Made by a program: the position numbers and the translations under genes. A stretch of 64,000 nucleotides of DNA, taken from Nitrospirota bacterium (lineage in GTDB: Bacteria > Nitrospirota > UBA9217). Numbering within the stretch: the stretch's first letter is position 1; each line of letters starts with the position of its first letter. The DNA lies in the NCBI GenBank assembly GCA_963740085.1, contig CAVUCU010000004.1, forward strand, positions 512,001 to 576,000. Reading direction: 5' to 3'. This document shows positions 54,901 through 64,000 of the stretch, one piece after another. Below the pieces are notes generated by a model, which ran no database searches, had not been told where the DNA came from, and saw nothing but the letters and a program-made list of their open reading frames with translations.

Positions 54901-55627
54901 TCGTTTCCACGGCGATAACAATATCCTCTTTGAGAACAATCTCGCTAAAATGCCTCTCATCGTGGATGTGTTTATCAGGGGCACGGTCAACCACCCGCAG
55001 CTCCTGGGCAGGATCGAGGTCCGGACAGGGGTGGTCTATTTTCGCAGGAACGAATTCAAGATACTTCGTGGTTCCGTGGATTTCGTCGATCCCAACCGGA
55101 TGAACCCTGTGCTGGATATCCAGGCGGAAACACAGGTGCGCGAATACCGGATCCGGCTCGCTGTCACGGGCACCGCCGATCGTGCGGTGGTCACGTTTGT
55201 GTCCGAGCCTTCGCTAGTCGATTCTGATATTCTCGCGCTCTTGACACTGGGAAAGACCGGAGCAGAACTTAAAGGGAAGGAAACCGGTGTAGGCGTAGGC
55301 GAGGCAACTTCGTTCGCCACCGGCCAGGTCCAGGATGTTATTGAGCGTAACGCCAAAAGGCTTATCGGGCTCGATCGTTTCCAGGTCGATCCATATGTCA
55401 ACAAAAGCGATACGTCCGTGCCCCGGGTCACCGTGGGCAAGGAACTCGTGCAGAACAAACTCGCTGTTACCTATTCATCAAACGTAGGCGCTTCAGCTCC
55501 GGAACAGAATTTCAGGATCGAATACCTCCTGGACAGGCACTTCTCACTCGTGGGAGAGGGGGTGGAAACCGAAAGCAACGGAACGAATATAGGAGCGGAT
55601 ATTAAATATCGATTTGAGTTCAAGTAA
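51986..55627 (+). CDS. tamB: TamB/AsmA-like translocation and assembly module protein
   Basis: N-terminal TM anchor, long beta-rich body, C-terminal DUF490-like NPVLDIQAE...SEPSL..DILALL...YRFEFK. Confidence 0.85.
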   Translation: MKKTVITILIVLLGLVAGIEVYVQSDAFALKLRPLVIEPLKELLGEDATIGLVKAHFFPPYLEVRDISIPDAGGNEAIAIRRIRAYLNPLPLLLKKIRLPSISILEPRIYVERAKDGTINLSPLFGRIKTNMAHKESEGASGYHLLLSHLSLTKGRIEYKDGRTSLHLSMSDFNMTVNVDSSQERFTTRIGKSRYHVSEPSYPEISGNFRATAVYDRGRTHLELVELSTSDATMTVSGDAGLLPESPLDLKIMVRSGPQVIGRYLDFLKPIKKQKESRFDIQALVRGKLSDPVIEGSVKLSAVPFREYLLQSGVLSFSYRDKSFTIAGKQWKLMRGGANFLIDSIDGSLGISRGGLDIGRLDILVGDLALHGSGRVDPSAGFDALLSATSSAKGKTISFLIGLPFEGTGNVTGRLSGAVASPRFDGIVSAGSVTVRGVLFSSADGRVEYENKKIQLSSVAIAEHSSRYTFQGSVDLNGKEPVYAARLRVLRSNVVNIVALFYKQLPLALSAAGELTFSGTAHDYSGTGHLTLDAGSAYGESFVGGTVTASLTTGKIAFPQVVLNKERGMVKATGWIGFHDGTYSADLESRGIDLSTVNRLNGLPVTGEVKLDIHSSGTFSVPLVKASLDVEALSYRQIAVGGMHAEAQIRDGALLLKAGVSEGHANVSLHGMLHKPYPWTADVKVHSEAFDPFSLIDKKGITDQVKALAEGAATVQGRGFDLTTLSGEAIFKRLSLLVGDYRIDNDSDARLVVEGGRISVGSLNFVGADTRFGITGWVRPMAEMDVVLKGTVNLSLLKLLYREVEYAAGVAEVKFGIKEDGKNPSMTGELLLRNGEVKIKDIPQRFTSLNSKIVFEQNRIVTNSLSGEMGGGKLSASGWVQLSGLKLQAFSARTSVENVTVRYPEGLTSTLSGELYYDGDASEQSLAGDIAIKRARYDKRVEWKSMLVDIGRGLYQKKKTEVGWIGDTQVNVRFHGDNNILFENNLAKMPLIVDVFIRGTVNHPQLLGRIEVRTGVVYFRRNEFKILRGSVDFVDPNRMNPVLDIQAETQVREYRIRLAVTGTADRAVVTFVSEPSLVDSDILALLTLGKTGAELKGKETGVGVGEATSFATGQVQDVIERNAKRLIGLDRFQVDPYVNKSDTSVPRVTVGKELVQNKLAVTYSSNVGASAPEQNFRIEYLLDRHFSLVGEGVETESNGTNIGADIKYRFEFK

Positions 55628-55668
55628 TGTTCACCAAGAGCGTGGTTGCCATTTTGCCGGGTGCGGTT

Positions 55669-58350
55669 TCAATGAGCTTCATCCCAGTTCTTGCCCACGC
55701 CCATATCCACCCTGATCGGCACCGAAAGCGTGAGCACTCCTTCCATTTCTTCTTTGACAAGCTTTTTCATCGGTTCTATCTCCCGGTTCAGCACTTCGAA
55801 TACAAGCTCGTCATGCACCTGAAGGATCATTTTTGATCCGAGGTTCTCCCGCGCGATCCGCTTCTGGACGTTGATCATCGCAAGTTTAATAAGGTCCGCT
55901 GCGGTCCCTTGAATGGGAGTGTTGACTGCCATGCGTTCTCCGAAGTTCCGAACTGCCGCCGCCGATGAGGTGAGCTCGGGGATAAAGCGGCGCCGGTTAA
56001 AGAGCGTGGAGACGTAGCCGTTCGTCCTTGCGTCCCTGATGGTCCGGTCTATGAACTCTCGTACTTTGGGATATTGCGCGAAATAATCGTCGATGTACCG
56101 TTTTGCCTCGGCATTCGAGACCCCGATGTCCTGCGCGAGGCCGAACGCAGATATGCCGTAAATAATGCCGAAGTTGACCGCCTTAGCCTTGCGCCGCATT
56201 TCGGGAGTGACCTCTTCCGGGGTAAGCCCGAAGATTTCCGACGCGGTACGGGTGTGGACGTCTTCCTCGCTCTGGAAGGTCTTGATAAGCGCGGGGTCAT
56301 TGCTCATATGAGCGAGGACGCGCAGCTCGATCTGGGAGTAATCGGCCGAGAGCAGGCTTGCGCCTTGTTCAGCGATGAACGCCTGTCTGATCTCCCGTCC
56401 CACGTCGGTGCGTATGGGGATGTTCTGGAGGTTCGGCTCGCTGCTTGAAAGCCTGCCGGTAGCGGCCACGGTCTGGTTGAGCGAGGTATGAAGTCTGCCC
56501 GTCTTCGGATTGATCATCAACGGCAGTGCATCGATATAGGTGGACTTGAGCTTCGAGAGCGTACGGAATTTCAGGATCTCCGCCGGCAGGGGATGCACGG
56601 GGGCCAGCTCTTCGAGCACGTCTACATTGGTCGAGAACCCTGTTTTGGTCTTCTTGGTCGGTGTGAGTTTCAATCTCACAAACAGGATCTCCGCAAGCTG
56701 CTTCGGTGAGTTGATGTTGAATTCTGTTCCGGCCAGCTCGTAAATGGTCCTTTCTATTTCCGCCATCTCAAGGCCGAGCCTCTTCGACATGAGCTTCAGA
56801 AAATCGGCGTTGATCTTCACGCCGGTGCGCTCCATGTCAACGAGGACCTCCATGAGCGGCATCTCCATGTCGAGGAAAAGCCTTTCCAGATTCTGTTCCC
56901 GAAGCAGGGGGGCAAGCGTTTGTTTCAGTCGGAGCGTTATATCCGCGTCTTCACCGGAGTAGCGGGTCGCGGTCCGAATATCCACCTCGGCGAATCCTCT
57001 CTGCTTTTTCCCGGACCCCGTGACCTCGGCGTAGGTGATGGTCTTGTGGTTAAAATACTCAAGGGCAAGCGAGTCCAAACTGTGGGATGCCTTGCCGGGA
57101 TTCAGAAGGTATGAGGCGATCATGGTATCAAAGGAAACGCCCTTAACATGAACTCCATAATGCCCGAGCACGAGCAGGTCGTATTTGACGTTCTGCCCGA
57201 TCTTCCTGACCGAGGGATTTTCCATGACCGGCTTGAGCGCGCCGAGGGCGTGGTCGAGGCCAAGCTGTTTCGGCGCTCCCGGGAAGCTATGACCGAGGGG
57301 GAGGTAATATGCATGGTGGGGCCGCAGGGCAAACGAGATCCCGACCAGTCCCGCCTGCATGGCATCGCGCGATGTGGTTTCAGTATCAAAACAGAATTCT
57401 TCCGCCGATGAGAGGGCGCCGATCAGTTCCTGAAGATCCTTATCCTCAAGAACCGTGCAATAGTCCACGTCCTGTTCGGGTTCCTGGATGACGTACTTCA
57501 GAAGTGCGGTGAATTCAAGCTCCTTTAATATCTTGAGCAGGGCAGGGCCGTCAGGCGCCTTGAGCTTCAGGTCGTCATAGTTGATCTCGATCGGCACATC
57601 GGTATGAAGGAGCGCAAGCTCGCGGCTCAGCCTGGCGAGGTCCGCGTGCTCAATGAGCGATCGTCTCAACTTCGGCTTTGCGATCTCATGTGTGTGGGCG
57701 AGCAGATTTTCAATGGTCCTGTATTGTTTGATGAGGACTTGCGCGGTCTTCTCGCCGATGCCGGGCACACCGGGGATATTGTCCGATGCGTCTCCCATGA
57801 GGCCCATGATCTCGACCACCTGGTCGGGCGGCACGCTGAAGCGCTCTTCCACATCCATGGGCTCGTAGACCTTGTCCTTAAGTGTGTCATAGACTTTGAT
57901 CCGGGGTCCCACGAGCTGGAGAAGGTCCTTGTCACCCGTGACGATGGTGATATCCGTGCCGTGCGCTTCCGCATGACGCGCGAGCGTTGCGATCACATCG
58001 TCGGCCTCCTGACCGTCGATCACGAACACCGGGATGCGGAAGGCCTCCACCAGTTTATGGATATAGGGGATCTGGGGGATGAGGTCTCTTGGCATGGGAG
58101 GCCGGTGTGCCTTGTATTCCTTGTATTCACCATGTCTGCGGGTCGGACCCTTGGGATCGAACACGATGGCAAGCAGAGACGGCGTTTTGTCCTTGATAAC
58201 CTTCAGCAGCATGTTGGCGAAGCCGAAGACGGCATTCGTAGGCAAACCGGTGGAGGTGCTGAGCCCCCGTATTGCATAAAATGCGCGGTAAACGTATGAG
58301 TTGCCGTCGATAATAGTGAAATTGTTTTTTGAATTATCGCTCGTGTTCAT
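55669..58350 (-). CDS. polA: DNA polymerase I
   Basis: IDGNSYVYRAFYA, EADDVIAT, GDASDNIPGVPGIG, FDTETT, TGRLSSSEPNLQNIP, ADYSQIELR, QVHDEL. Confidence 0.98.
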   Translation of the reverse strand: MNTSDNSKNNFTIIDGNSYVYRAFYAIRGLSTSTGLPTNAVFGFANMLLKVIKDKTPSLLAIVFDPKGPTRRHGEYKEYKAHRPPMPRDLIPQIPYIHKLVEAFRIPVFVIDGQEADDVIATLARHAEAHGTDITIVTGDKDLLQLVGPRIKVYDTLKDKVYEPMDVEERFSVPPDQVVEIMGLMGDASDNIPGVPGIGEKTAQVLIKQYRTIENLLAHTHEIAKPKLRRSLIEHADLARLSRELALLHTDVPIEINYDDLKLKAPDGPALLKILKELEFTALLKYVIQEPEQDVDYCTVLEDKDLQELIGALSSAEEFCFDTETTSRDAMQAGLVGISFALRPHHAYYLPLGHSFPGAPKQLGLDHALGALKPVMENPSVRKIGQNVKYDLLVLGHYGVHVKGVSFDTMIASYLLNPGKASHSLDSLALEYFNHKTITYAEVTGSGKKQRGFAEVDIRTATRYSGEDADITLRLKQTLAPLLREQNLERLFLDMEMPLMEVLVDMERTGVKINADFLKLMSKRLGLEMAEIERTIYELAGTEFNINSPKQLAEILFVRLKLTPTKKTKTGFSTNVDVLEELAPVHPLPAEILKFRTLSKLKSTYIDALPLMINPKTGRLHTSLNQTVAATGRLSSSEPNLQNIPIRTDVGREIRQAFIAEQGASLLSADYSQIELRVLAHMSNDPALIKTFQSEEDVHTRTASEIFGLTPEEVTPEMRRKAKAVNFGIIYGISAFGLAQDIGVSNAEAKRYIDDYFAQYPKVREFIDRTIRDARTNGYVSTLFNRRRFIPELTSSAAAVRNFGERMAVNTPIQGTAADLIKLAMINVQKRIARENLGSKMILQVHDELVFEVLNREIEPMKKLVKEEMEGVLTLSVPIRVDMGVGKNWDEAH

Positions 58351-58417
58351 GAGGTGAAAGTATAGCGTACCTGCGTAAGAAAGACAATGGGAGAATCGCG
58401 ATATGGGTCCGTTTATT

Positions 58418-58525
58418 CACCACCGAGACGCGGCGGCACGGAGGGAAAACGAATTGAACGAATAGTATAGGATGTGCAGTTAACGTCATAATAAAATTTC
58501 AATAAACTCCTGCCTCCGCGCCTCC
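58418..58525 (+). repeat. 8-nt periodic inverted repeat enclosing a possible GxxExxY gene remnant
   Basis: Left arm caccgagacgcggcggcacggagg; right arm ctcctgcctccgcgcctcc. The interior reads ENELNE and, in another frame, IGCAVNV. Confidence 0.5.
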
Positions 58526-58618
58526 AGAATTCAGTATATTTAGCATCCTTTGTGTTTACCCAAGGTCCCTTGCCATGACACAATAAGAGAGTAGTTCATG
58601 TATCTCCGAAAGAATTTC

Positions 58619-58648
58619 TTGACAGCAGAAGAGATTATGTTGTATAAA
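58619..58648 (+). promoter_or_regulatory. Probable tRNA promoter
   Basis: TTGACA-18 nt-TATAAA. Confidence 0.5.
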
Positions 58649-58696
58649 CAACAGTCTGTTACACGCGTTTTTTCATCAATTCCTTTCCCTCCTCAG

Positions 58697-58772
<76 letters not shown>

Positions 58773-58842
58773 TTTTATTTAAAATTGAACCGTTTCGCCG
58801 GTCAAACCTGGAACAAAAACAAATGTGAACAAAAAGAAAAGG

Positions 58843-58871
58843 TTGACATTACAAATAAATATGTTTATATT
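58843..58871 (+). promoter_or_regulatory. Sigma70 promoter of the pgsA-like operon
   Basis: TTGACA-17 nt-TATATT. Confidence 0.65.
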
Positions 58872-58903
58872 TACATTCATTGAGCGTATCCAACGGGGTG
58901 CCA

Positions 58904-59428
58904 ATGAACCTTCCAAACTATATCACTCTTGTCAGAATTGTCCTCATCCCGTTTTTTATTAATTTGATGATCTACGGATACTACCAATCGGCGCTTGCGG
59001 TTTTTGCCGCGGCATGCGTGACTGATGCGCTTGATGGATTGATCGCGCGAGTTACCAATTCCATGACTGAATTGGGTGCGCTTCTGGATCCGATCGCGGA
59101 TAAATTGCTCATTCTCTCCGCTTTCGTGACCCTGGTGCTGCTCAGAATGCTCCCGGTATGGCTTGTCATCATCGTGGTGAGCAGGGATGTGATCCTGGTC
59201 CTCGGCAGCCTCGTTATCTATTTTTTGGGGCACGACTTGAAGGCCAGGCCGTCGTTCATCGGTAAGGCCACAACAGTGTTGCAGCTGTTCGTGGTAACGC
59301 TCTCGCTGGTACTGAAGGCGTTCGGCAAAGAGCTGGCGGGGACATACGTACTGCACTGGACAACAGCCGTGTTCACGCTGGTTTCGGGCATTCAGTATGT
59401 CGTGCGCGGCACCAGGATCGTCGGCTGA
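58904..59428 (+). CDS. pgsA: CDP-alcohol phosphatidyltransferase (PgsA-like)
   Basis: MNLPNYITLVRI, TDALDGLIAR, GALLDPIADK, SRD, GKATT. Confidence 0.88.
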   Translation: MNLPNYITLVRIVLIPFFINLMIYGYYQSALAVFAAACVTDALDGLIARVTNSMTELGALLDPIADKLLILSAFVTLVLLRMLPVWLVIIVVSRDVILVLGSLVIYFLGHDLKARPSFIGKATTVLQLFVVTLSLVLKAFGKELAGTYVLHWTTAVFTLVSGIQYVVRGTRIVG

Positions 59429-59467
59429 TAATTGATAATTGTAGTGACACTTTTACACGGAGGGTGA

Positions 59468-59902
59468 ATGAAGATATCCGATATGATCAGACAGGCACTT
59501 GAGAAGAAGGGTTTCAAGAATCTGAAGGATGCCTCGAAGGTGCTCGGCATAAGCCCGGAACTTCTGCGGGTCACGATCAATAAAGGGCATATACCGAAGG
59601 ACTCGACACTCATGGTGATCGCGAATAAGCTGGGTATCGACAAGTCCATGCTCGTTCTTGCTGCCCATCAGGAAAAGGTCCCCGACGAGGTCAAGGGTTT
59701 TTTCCTTTCTCCTTCGCAGGTAAAGTTCAGGCGAGGGAAGCGTAAATATCCGCTTTCCGAAGAGCAGACCAATTACCTGGAAAAGATCCTGAGCGTTGAC
59801 GAGATCATGCTAGTTCGGAAATTCCGGCAGGTGACCGATGAGGCCATGGTACAGATTGCGGGGTATGTTGATTTCATGTTCGCCTCCAAGAAGAGATCCT
59901 GA
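59468..59902 (+). CDS. XRE-like HTH protein
   Basis: LKDASKVLGISPELLRVTINKGHIP...IANKLGID; RBS GGAGG. Confidence 0.7.
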   Translation: MKISDMIRQALEKKGFKNLKDASKVLGISPELLRVTINKGHIPKDSTLMVIANKLGIDKSMLVLAAHQEKVPDEVKGFFLSPSQVKFRRGKRKYPLSEEQTNYLEKILSVDEIMLVRKFRQVTDEAMVQIAGYVDFMFASKKRS

Positions 59903-61195
59903 TTGCTCGAGATTGTACATATCCTGCGGGGCGGTACCGCTGAAGGACTGGGTCTAAAAGCGGGGGATGTGCTCGACTCCTTGAATGGAAAAGAAGTCCA
60001 TGACGTTATCGATTACCGTTTTTTGGTCGCTGACGAACGTATCATTCTTTCGTTTCATACGAAGGATGGCCAGGCCCGAAAGCTCATTATCGAGAAAGAT
60101 CCAGACGACAGCCTTGGACTGGAGTTCTCTCCGTTCCGCATCACCCGGTGCCGCAACCGGTGTATCTTCTGCTTTGTCGATCAGATGCCGTCTGGTTGCC
60201 GGAAAAGTCTGAACATCAAAGATGACGATTTCCGGGCTTCATTCCTGCACGGGAATTATATTACGCTCGGCGCTCTTTCAGAAAACGACTGGGAAAGGAT
60301 TTTTCGTGAGCGGTTGTCTCCGCTCTATATATCCGTCCATACCACGGACCACTCGCTCCGTATGTTCATGCTTGGAAACAAGAAGGCCCCTGACATCCTG
60401 GCGAACATGAAGCGTCTGGCCGCGGGCGGCATTTTGATGCATACACAGATCGTTCTCTGCCCCGGGATAAACGACGGCGATCACTTGCAAAAGACGCTGG
60501 ACGACCTGTCCGGTCTGTTCCCGGCGGTTGCTTCCATAGCGGTGGTCCCGGTGGGATTAACGGCGTTCAGAAAAAAGTTATTTCCTCTCAGGTTGTTCAC
60601 CGAGTCTGAGTCGCGTGCGGTGATCAAGCAAATTGCCCAGGCAGGGTCGCGGTTCAAACGACAGCTCGGGACCCGTCTGGTATTTGCCTCTGATGAGTTC
60701 TTCATCAAGGCGGGAGAGCCTTTCCCTCCGTTGTCTTTTTACGAAGAACTGCCCCAGAAGGAGAACGGTGTTGGCATGGTGTCCGACTTCCTTCAGGATG
60801 TTTCACATACCCGGATCCCGAAAAAGACAGCACCGATAAACCTGACCCTGCTGACCGGGGTATCGTTCGGCGGTATTCTCAAACGCGCACTTATGCGGTT
60901 GAGAACGGTTGAAGGACCAAAGATCAGACTGGTGATCGCGAAGAACTTTTTTTTCGGGCCTTCGGTCACGGTTGCGGGGCTCTTGACAGGACAGGATATC
61001 ATCCGGGCGCTCAAGGGTAAGCGTTTGGGGGACCTCGTTTTGATACCCTCAAGTGCGCTGAAGGAAGATGAAGACCTGTTCCTTGACAACATGCGCCTCG
61101 AACAGTTGGAGCTGATGCTCTCCGTCAAAGTACGGAAGGCGGAGACCTTCAGTGAATTAGTGTCCGTGCTGCGCGGTGAAGGGAGGAGCTTATGA
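59903..61195 (+). CDS. PDZ + radical SAM + DUF512 protein
   Basis: N-terminal PDZ-like region, CRNRCIFCFVDQMP, KDDDFR.SFLHGNYITL, VVPVGLT, ENGVGM, VAGLLTGQD. Confidence 0.9.
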   Translation: MLEIVHILRGGTAEGLGLKAGDVLDSLNGKEVHDVIDYRFLVADERIILSFHTKDGQARKLIIEKDPDDSLGLEFSPFRITRCRNRCIFCFVDQMPSGCRKSLNIKDDDFRASFLHGNYITLGALSENDWERIFRERLSPLYISVHTTDHSLRMFMLGNKKAPDILANMKRLAAGGILMHTQIVLCPGINDGDHLQKTLDDLSGLFPAVASIAVVPVGLTAFRKKLFPLRLFTESESRAVIKQIAQAGSRFKRQLGTRLVFASDEFFIKAGEPFPPLSFYEELPQKENGVGMVSDFLQDVSHTRIPKKTAPINLTLLTGVSFGGILKRALMRLRTVEGPKIRLVIAKNFFFGPSVTVAGLLTGQDIIRALKGKRLGDLVLIPSSALKEDEDLFLDNMRLEQLELMLSVKVRKAETFSELVSVLRGEGRSL

Positions 61196-62040
61196 CGATA
61201 TCGGGAAGGACGACGATCTACGGCATATTCGGTCATCCTGTGGAGCATACCTTCTCGCCGGGGATGCATAATAGCGCATTCAAAAAACTCGGCATGGACG
61301 CCTGTTATGTGCCCTTTGCGGTCCCTCCCGGGAATCTGGAGGATGCCGTGCGAGCGGTGGTTCCTCTCGGTCTCCGCGGATTGAACGTCACGGTCCCGCA
61401 TAAAGAACGGGTGCTTGCCTTTCTCGACGAACTTTCTGAAGAGGCGCGGCTGATCGGTGCGGTGAATACGATCGAAATCAGGAAGGGCCGTCTGATCGGC
61501 CACAATACCGATGGGAGAGGGTTCCTTCGCTCACTCAGGGAGCATGGGGGACTGGATCCAAAAGGGAAAAAATTTTTGTTCATCGGTTCGGGCGGTGCGG
61601 CCCGCGCGGTGAGCTTCAGTCTCGCGCTGGCGGGCGCTGCCGCGATCGTCTTCAGAGACCTTGATGCCCGAAAGGCGTCTTTACTGGCAAATAATATCCG
61701 GGAAAAGACCGGGGTTCCGGCAATGACCATAGGACAAGAGACTCTCCGGGAGTACGCGGATGATGCCGATTGCCTGATAAATGCCTCTCCGCTCGGTCTT
61801 AAGAGAACGGACCCCCTGCCGATGCCCGCGCAACTCATCAAGAGAAAACATCTCGTCTGTGATCTTGTCTATAACCCGCCGGAGACCGCATTTTTGAAGG
61901 CGGCGAAAAAGCAGGGGGCCAAAAGACTATCCGGTCTCGGCATGCTTCTATTCCAGGGGGTTATCGCTTTCGAAATATGGACCGGGGAAAAAGCGCCGGT
62001 TCTGATCATGAAGAACGCACTTGCAAGGCAGATTCGATAA
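61192..62040 (+). CDS. aroE: Shikimate dehydrogenase
   Basis: GHPVEHTFSPGMHN, NVTVPHK, GAVNT, HNTDG, GSGGAARA, DLVYNP, GLGMLLFQG. Confidence 0.96.
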   Translation: MTISGRTTIYGIFGHPVEHTFSPGMHNSAFKKLGMDACYVPFAVPPGNLEDAVRAVVPLGLRGLNVTVPHKERVLAFLDELSEEARLIGAVNTIEIRKGRLIGHNTDGRGFLRSLREHGGLDPKGKKFLFIGSGGAARAVSFSLALAGAAAIVFRDLDARKASLLANNIREKTGVPAMTIGQETLREYADDADCLINASPLGLKRTDPLPMPAQLIKRKHLVCDLVYNPPETAFLKAAKKQGAKRLSGLGMLLFQGVIAFEIWTGEKAPVLIMKNALARQIR

Positions 62041-62076
62041 TGCATTATAAAATCGGGGTAATGTGATTCAGATATC

Positions 62077-62105
62077 TTGACATGCATTCATTATTAAAGT
62101 AAGAT
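62077..62105 (+). promoter_or_regulatory. Sigma70 promoter of pilB
   Basis: TTGACA-17 nt-TAAGAT. Confidence 0.6.
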
Positions 62106-62138
62106 AATCAGTATAATTTTTTATTTAGGGGAGTCCTT

Positions 62139-63992
62139 ATGGCGATGTCTGGAAGACTCGGCGCTATGCTTGTATCGTCGGGTCTGATCACGGAAGATCA
62201 GTTGCAGAAAGCTCTTTCCACGCAGAAAAACGAGGGCGGCAGGCTTGGCTCTATCCTGGTTAAATTGGGGTTCGCGCAGGAAGACAAACTGATGACGTTC
62301 TTGAGCAAACAGTATGGTGTCCCGTATGTCGACTTGAGCAAATTCGAAATCAATCCCGCCGTCATAAAACATATTCCCGCGGACGTAGCCCAGAAATATC
62401 GCATCATGCCCATCAATCGCACCGGCGCGACTATTACCATCGCGATGGTCGACCCCTCCAACATATTTGCCATCGACGATATCAAATTCATGACCGGTTA
62501 TAATGTCGAGGCGGTCGTGGCAACCGAAGGCGCCATTGTTGAGGCGATCAAAAAATATTATGGCTCCGCAGCCAAGTCCCTCGTTGCATCGAAATCCGGC
62601 GGGATCGCGCAATCGGCCCAACCCAGGGAAGAGAAAAAGATTTCCCTGGACGCCAAAGATTACGCGATGGATGAATCTGCCGATGAGAACGCCTTTGTGG
62701 ATGATATCGACACCGGCGGAGAGGTGGACGTCGATGATTTCGACAACCTCGTTCACGGAGCGGTCGATGAACTCGAGGTCATTGAAGATGAAAAACTGGA
62801 CGCGTTGTCGGGAGAGGTTGAAGCGCCGATCGTGAAACTGGTAAACGGCATTCTGCTCCGGGCGGCGAAGGCAGGTGTGAGCGATATCCACATTGAGCCC
62901 TACGAGAAGAAATTCAGGGTGCGTTACCGGCTTGACGGTGTTCTGAAAACGGTCATGGGTCTTCCGCTCAAGATCAGGAATGCGATCATCTCCCGTATAA
63001 AGATCATGTCCTCTCTCGACATCGCCGAGCGGAGACTTCCGCAGGACGGCAGGATCAAACTCAAGATGAGCAAGAGCAAGGTCATGGACTTCCGTGTTTC
63101 CGTCCTTCCGACCCTGTTCGGCGAAAAGATCGTCATGCGCCTGCTTGACAAGTCGAATCTTCAGCTCGACATGACCAAGCTCGGCTTTGATGAAGACCAG
63201 CTGGCGGATTTTAAGGAGGCCCTCGGGAAACCGTTCGGCATGGTGCTGGTGACGGGACCGACGGGAAGCGGCAAGACCACTACTCTCTACTCGGCGTTGA
63301 GCGAACTGAATACTGATTCCGAAAATATCATGACCGCCGAGGATCCGGTGGAATTCAACCTGATGGGCATCAATCAGGTCCAAATGAAGGACGAGATAGG
63401 GCTCAACTTCGCTGCTGCGCTCCGCTCTTTTCTCCGTCAGGACCCGGATATCATCATGGTGGGAGAGACCCGTGACTATGAAACTGCGGAGATCGGGGTC
63501 AAGGCCGCACTCACCGGCCACCTGGTTCTTTCCACGCTCCATACCAATGATGCCCCAAGCACCATCAACCGCCTGCTCAACATGGGCGTAGAGCCGTTCC
63601 TGGTTTCCTCGGCAGTGATCCTGATCGTGGCACAGCGGCTTGTACGGAAGGCCTGTCAGAACTGCAAAAAGCCGCAAAAACTGCCGGTTGAGACATTTAT
63701 CGCCGCAGGATTTGATCCGGAAGAGGCCAAGACCATCGTCAGCTACCGGGGCGAAGGTTGCGATATATGCAATCAGACCGGGTATAGGGGCAGGGTAGCT
63801 CTCTACGAGGTCATGCCGCTCAGGGATGAGATCAAGGAACTCATTCTGCAGGGCGCATCGGTCTTCGACCTCAAAAAAGCGGCCGTCAACGGAGGAATGA
63901 AGACGCTGCGGGCGAGCGGGCTGTTGAAAGTAAAGGCCGGATTGACTTCGCTGGAAGAAGTGGTTGAGAATACATTCGCTGATAAGAATTAG
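62139..63992 (+). CDS. pilB: Type IV-A pilus assembly ATPase with N-terminal MshEN-like motif
   Basis: RLGAML...RLGSIL, SDIHIEP, LDIAERRLPQDG, GPTGSGKTT, AEDPVE, LRQDPD, TGHLVLSTLHTN, tetra-Cys Zn motif. Confidence 0.95.
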   Translation: MAMSGRLGAMLVSSGLITEDQLQKALSTQKNEGGRLGSILVKLGFAQEDKLMTFLSKQYGVPYVDLSKFEINPAVIKHIPADVAQKYRIMPINRTGATITIAMVDPSNIFAIDDIKFMTGYNVEAVVATEGAIVEAIKKYYGSAAKSLVASKSGGIAQSAQPREEKKISLDAKDYAMDESADENAFVDDIDTGGEVDVDDFDNLVHGAVDELEVIEDEKLDALSGEVEAPIVKLVNGILLRAAKAGVSDIHIEPYEKKFRVRYRLDGVLKTVMGLPLKIRNAIISRIKIMSSLDIAERRLPQDGRIKLKMSKSKVMDFRVSVLPTLFGEKIVMRLLDKSNLQLDMTKLGFDEDQLADFKEALGKPFGMVLVTGPTGSGKTTTLYSALSELNTDSENIMTAEDPVEFNLMGINQVQMKDEIGLNFAAALRSFLRQDPDIIMVGETRDYETAEIGVKAALTGHLVLSTLHTNDAPSTINRLLNMGVEPFLVSSAVILIVAQRLVRKACQNCKKPQKLPVETFIAAGFDPEEAKTIVSYRGEGCDICNQTGYRGRVALYEVMPLRDEIKELILQGASVFDLKKAAVNGGMKTLRASGLLKVKAGLTSLEEVVENTFADKN

Positions 63993-64000
63993 CGATCGCA

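Noticed and set aside
62121-63677. 518-aa antisense ORF opposite pilB
   Set aside because: Shadow frame of a conserved GC-rich gene; no motifs or RBS.

Overview
Bacterial chromosomal window of mostly housekeeping genes. Gene content and protein style suggest an anaerobic Gram-negative lineage such as Nitrospirota or Desulfobacterota; this is inference, not a database result. In order: end of a liv ABC operon (livM, livG, livF), truA, a heptaheme cytochrome c / cytochrome b pair, a minus-strand cluster (heme-c beta-propeller, Cys-Cys ABC permease, TPR lipoprotein, ATPase, small membrane protein), rpmB, a TetR-headed TolC + RND + MacAB efflux operon, an Ig-repeat lipoprotein, a cNMP-CBS-DUF294 nucleotidyltransferase with a stand-alone receiver, recG, pilD with a PilS/PilR-like two-component system, ligA, nfo, an orphan HEPN gene, yhcC, a PHP protein, a YfgM-like TPR protein, a PAS kinase, mltD, queE, NFACT/RqcH, an M6 protease with CFI-box tail, mazG, glnD, tamB, polA, tRNA-Thr(CGT), a pgsA-like gene, an XRE regulator, DUF512, aroE and pilB. 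No CRISPR array, prophage or intact transposase is visible. Three genes (macB permease, recG, nfo) carry single-base indels that look like long-read errors. Two candidates for undescribed biology stand out. (1) A secreted beta-propeller whose blades each place a His or Cys at the same position and which carries one CxxCH, next to a Cys-Cys ABC system and a quinol-linked multiheme module. (2) A dispersed family of 7-10 nt periodic repeats and hairpins in intergenic spaces, one of which encloses what looks like a remnant of a GxxExxY gene.
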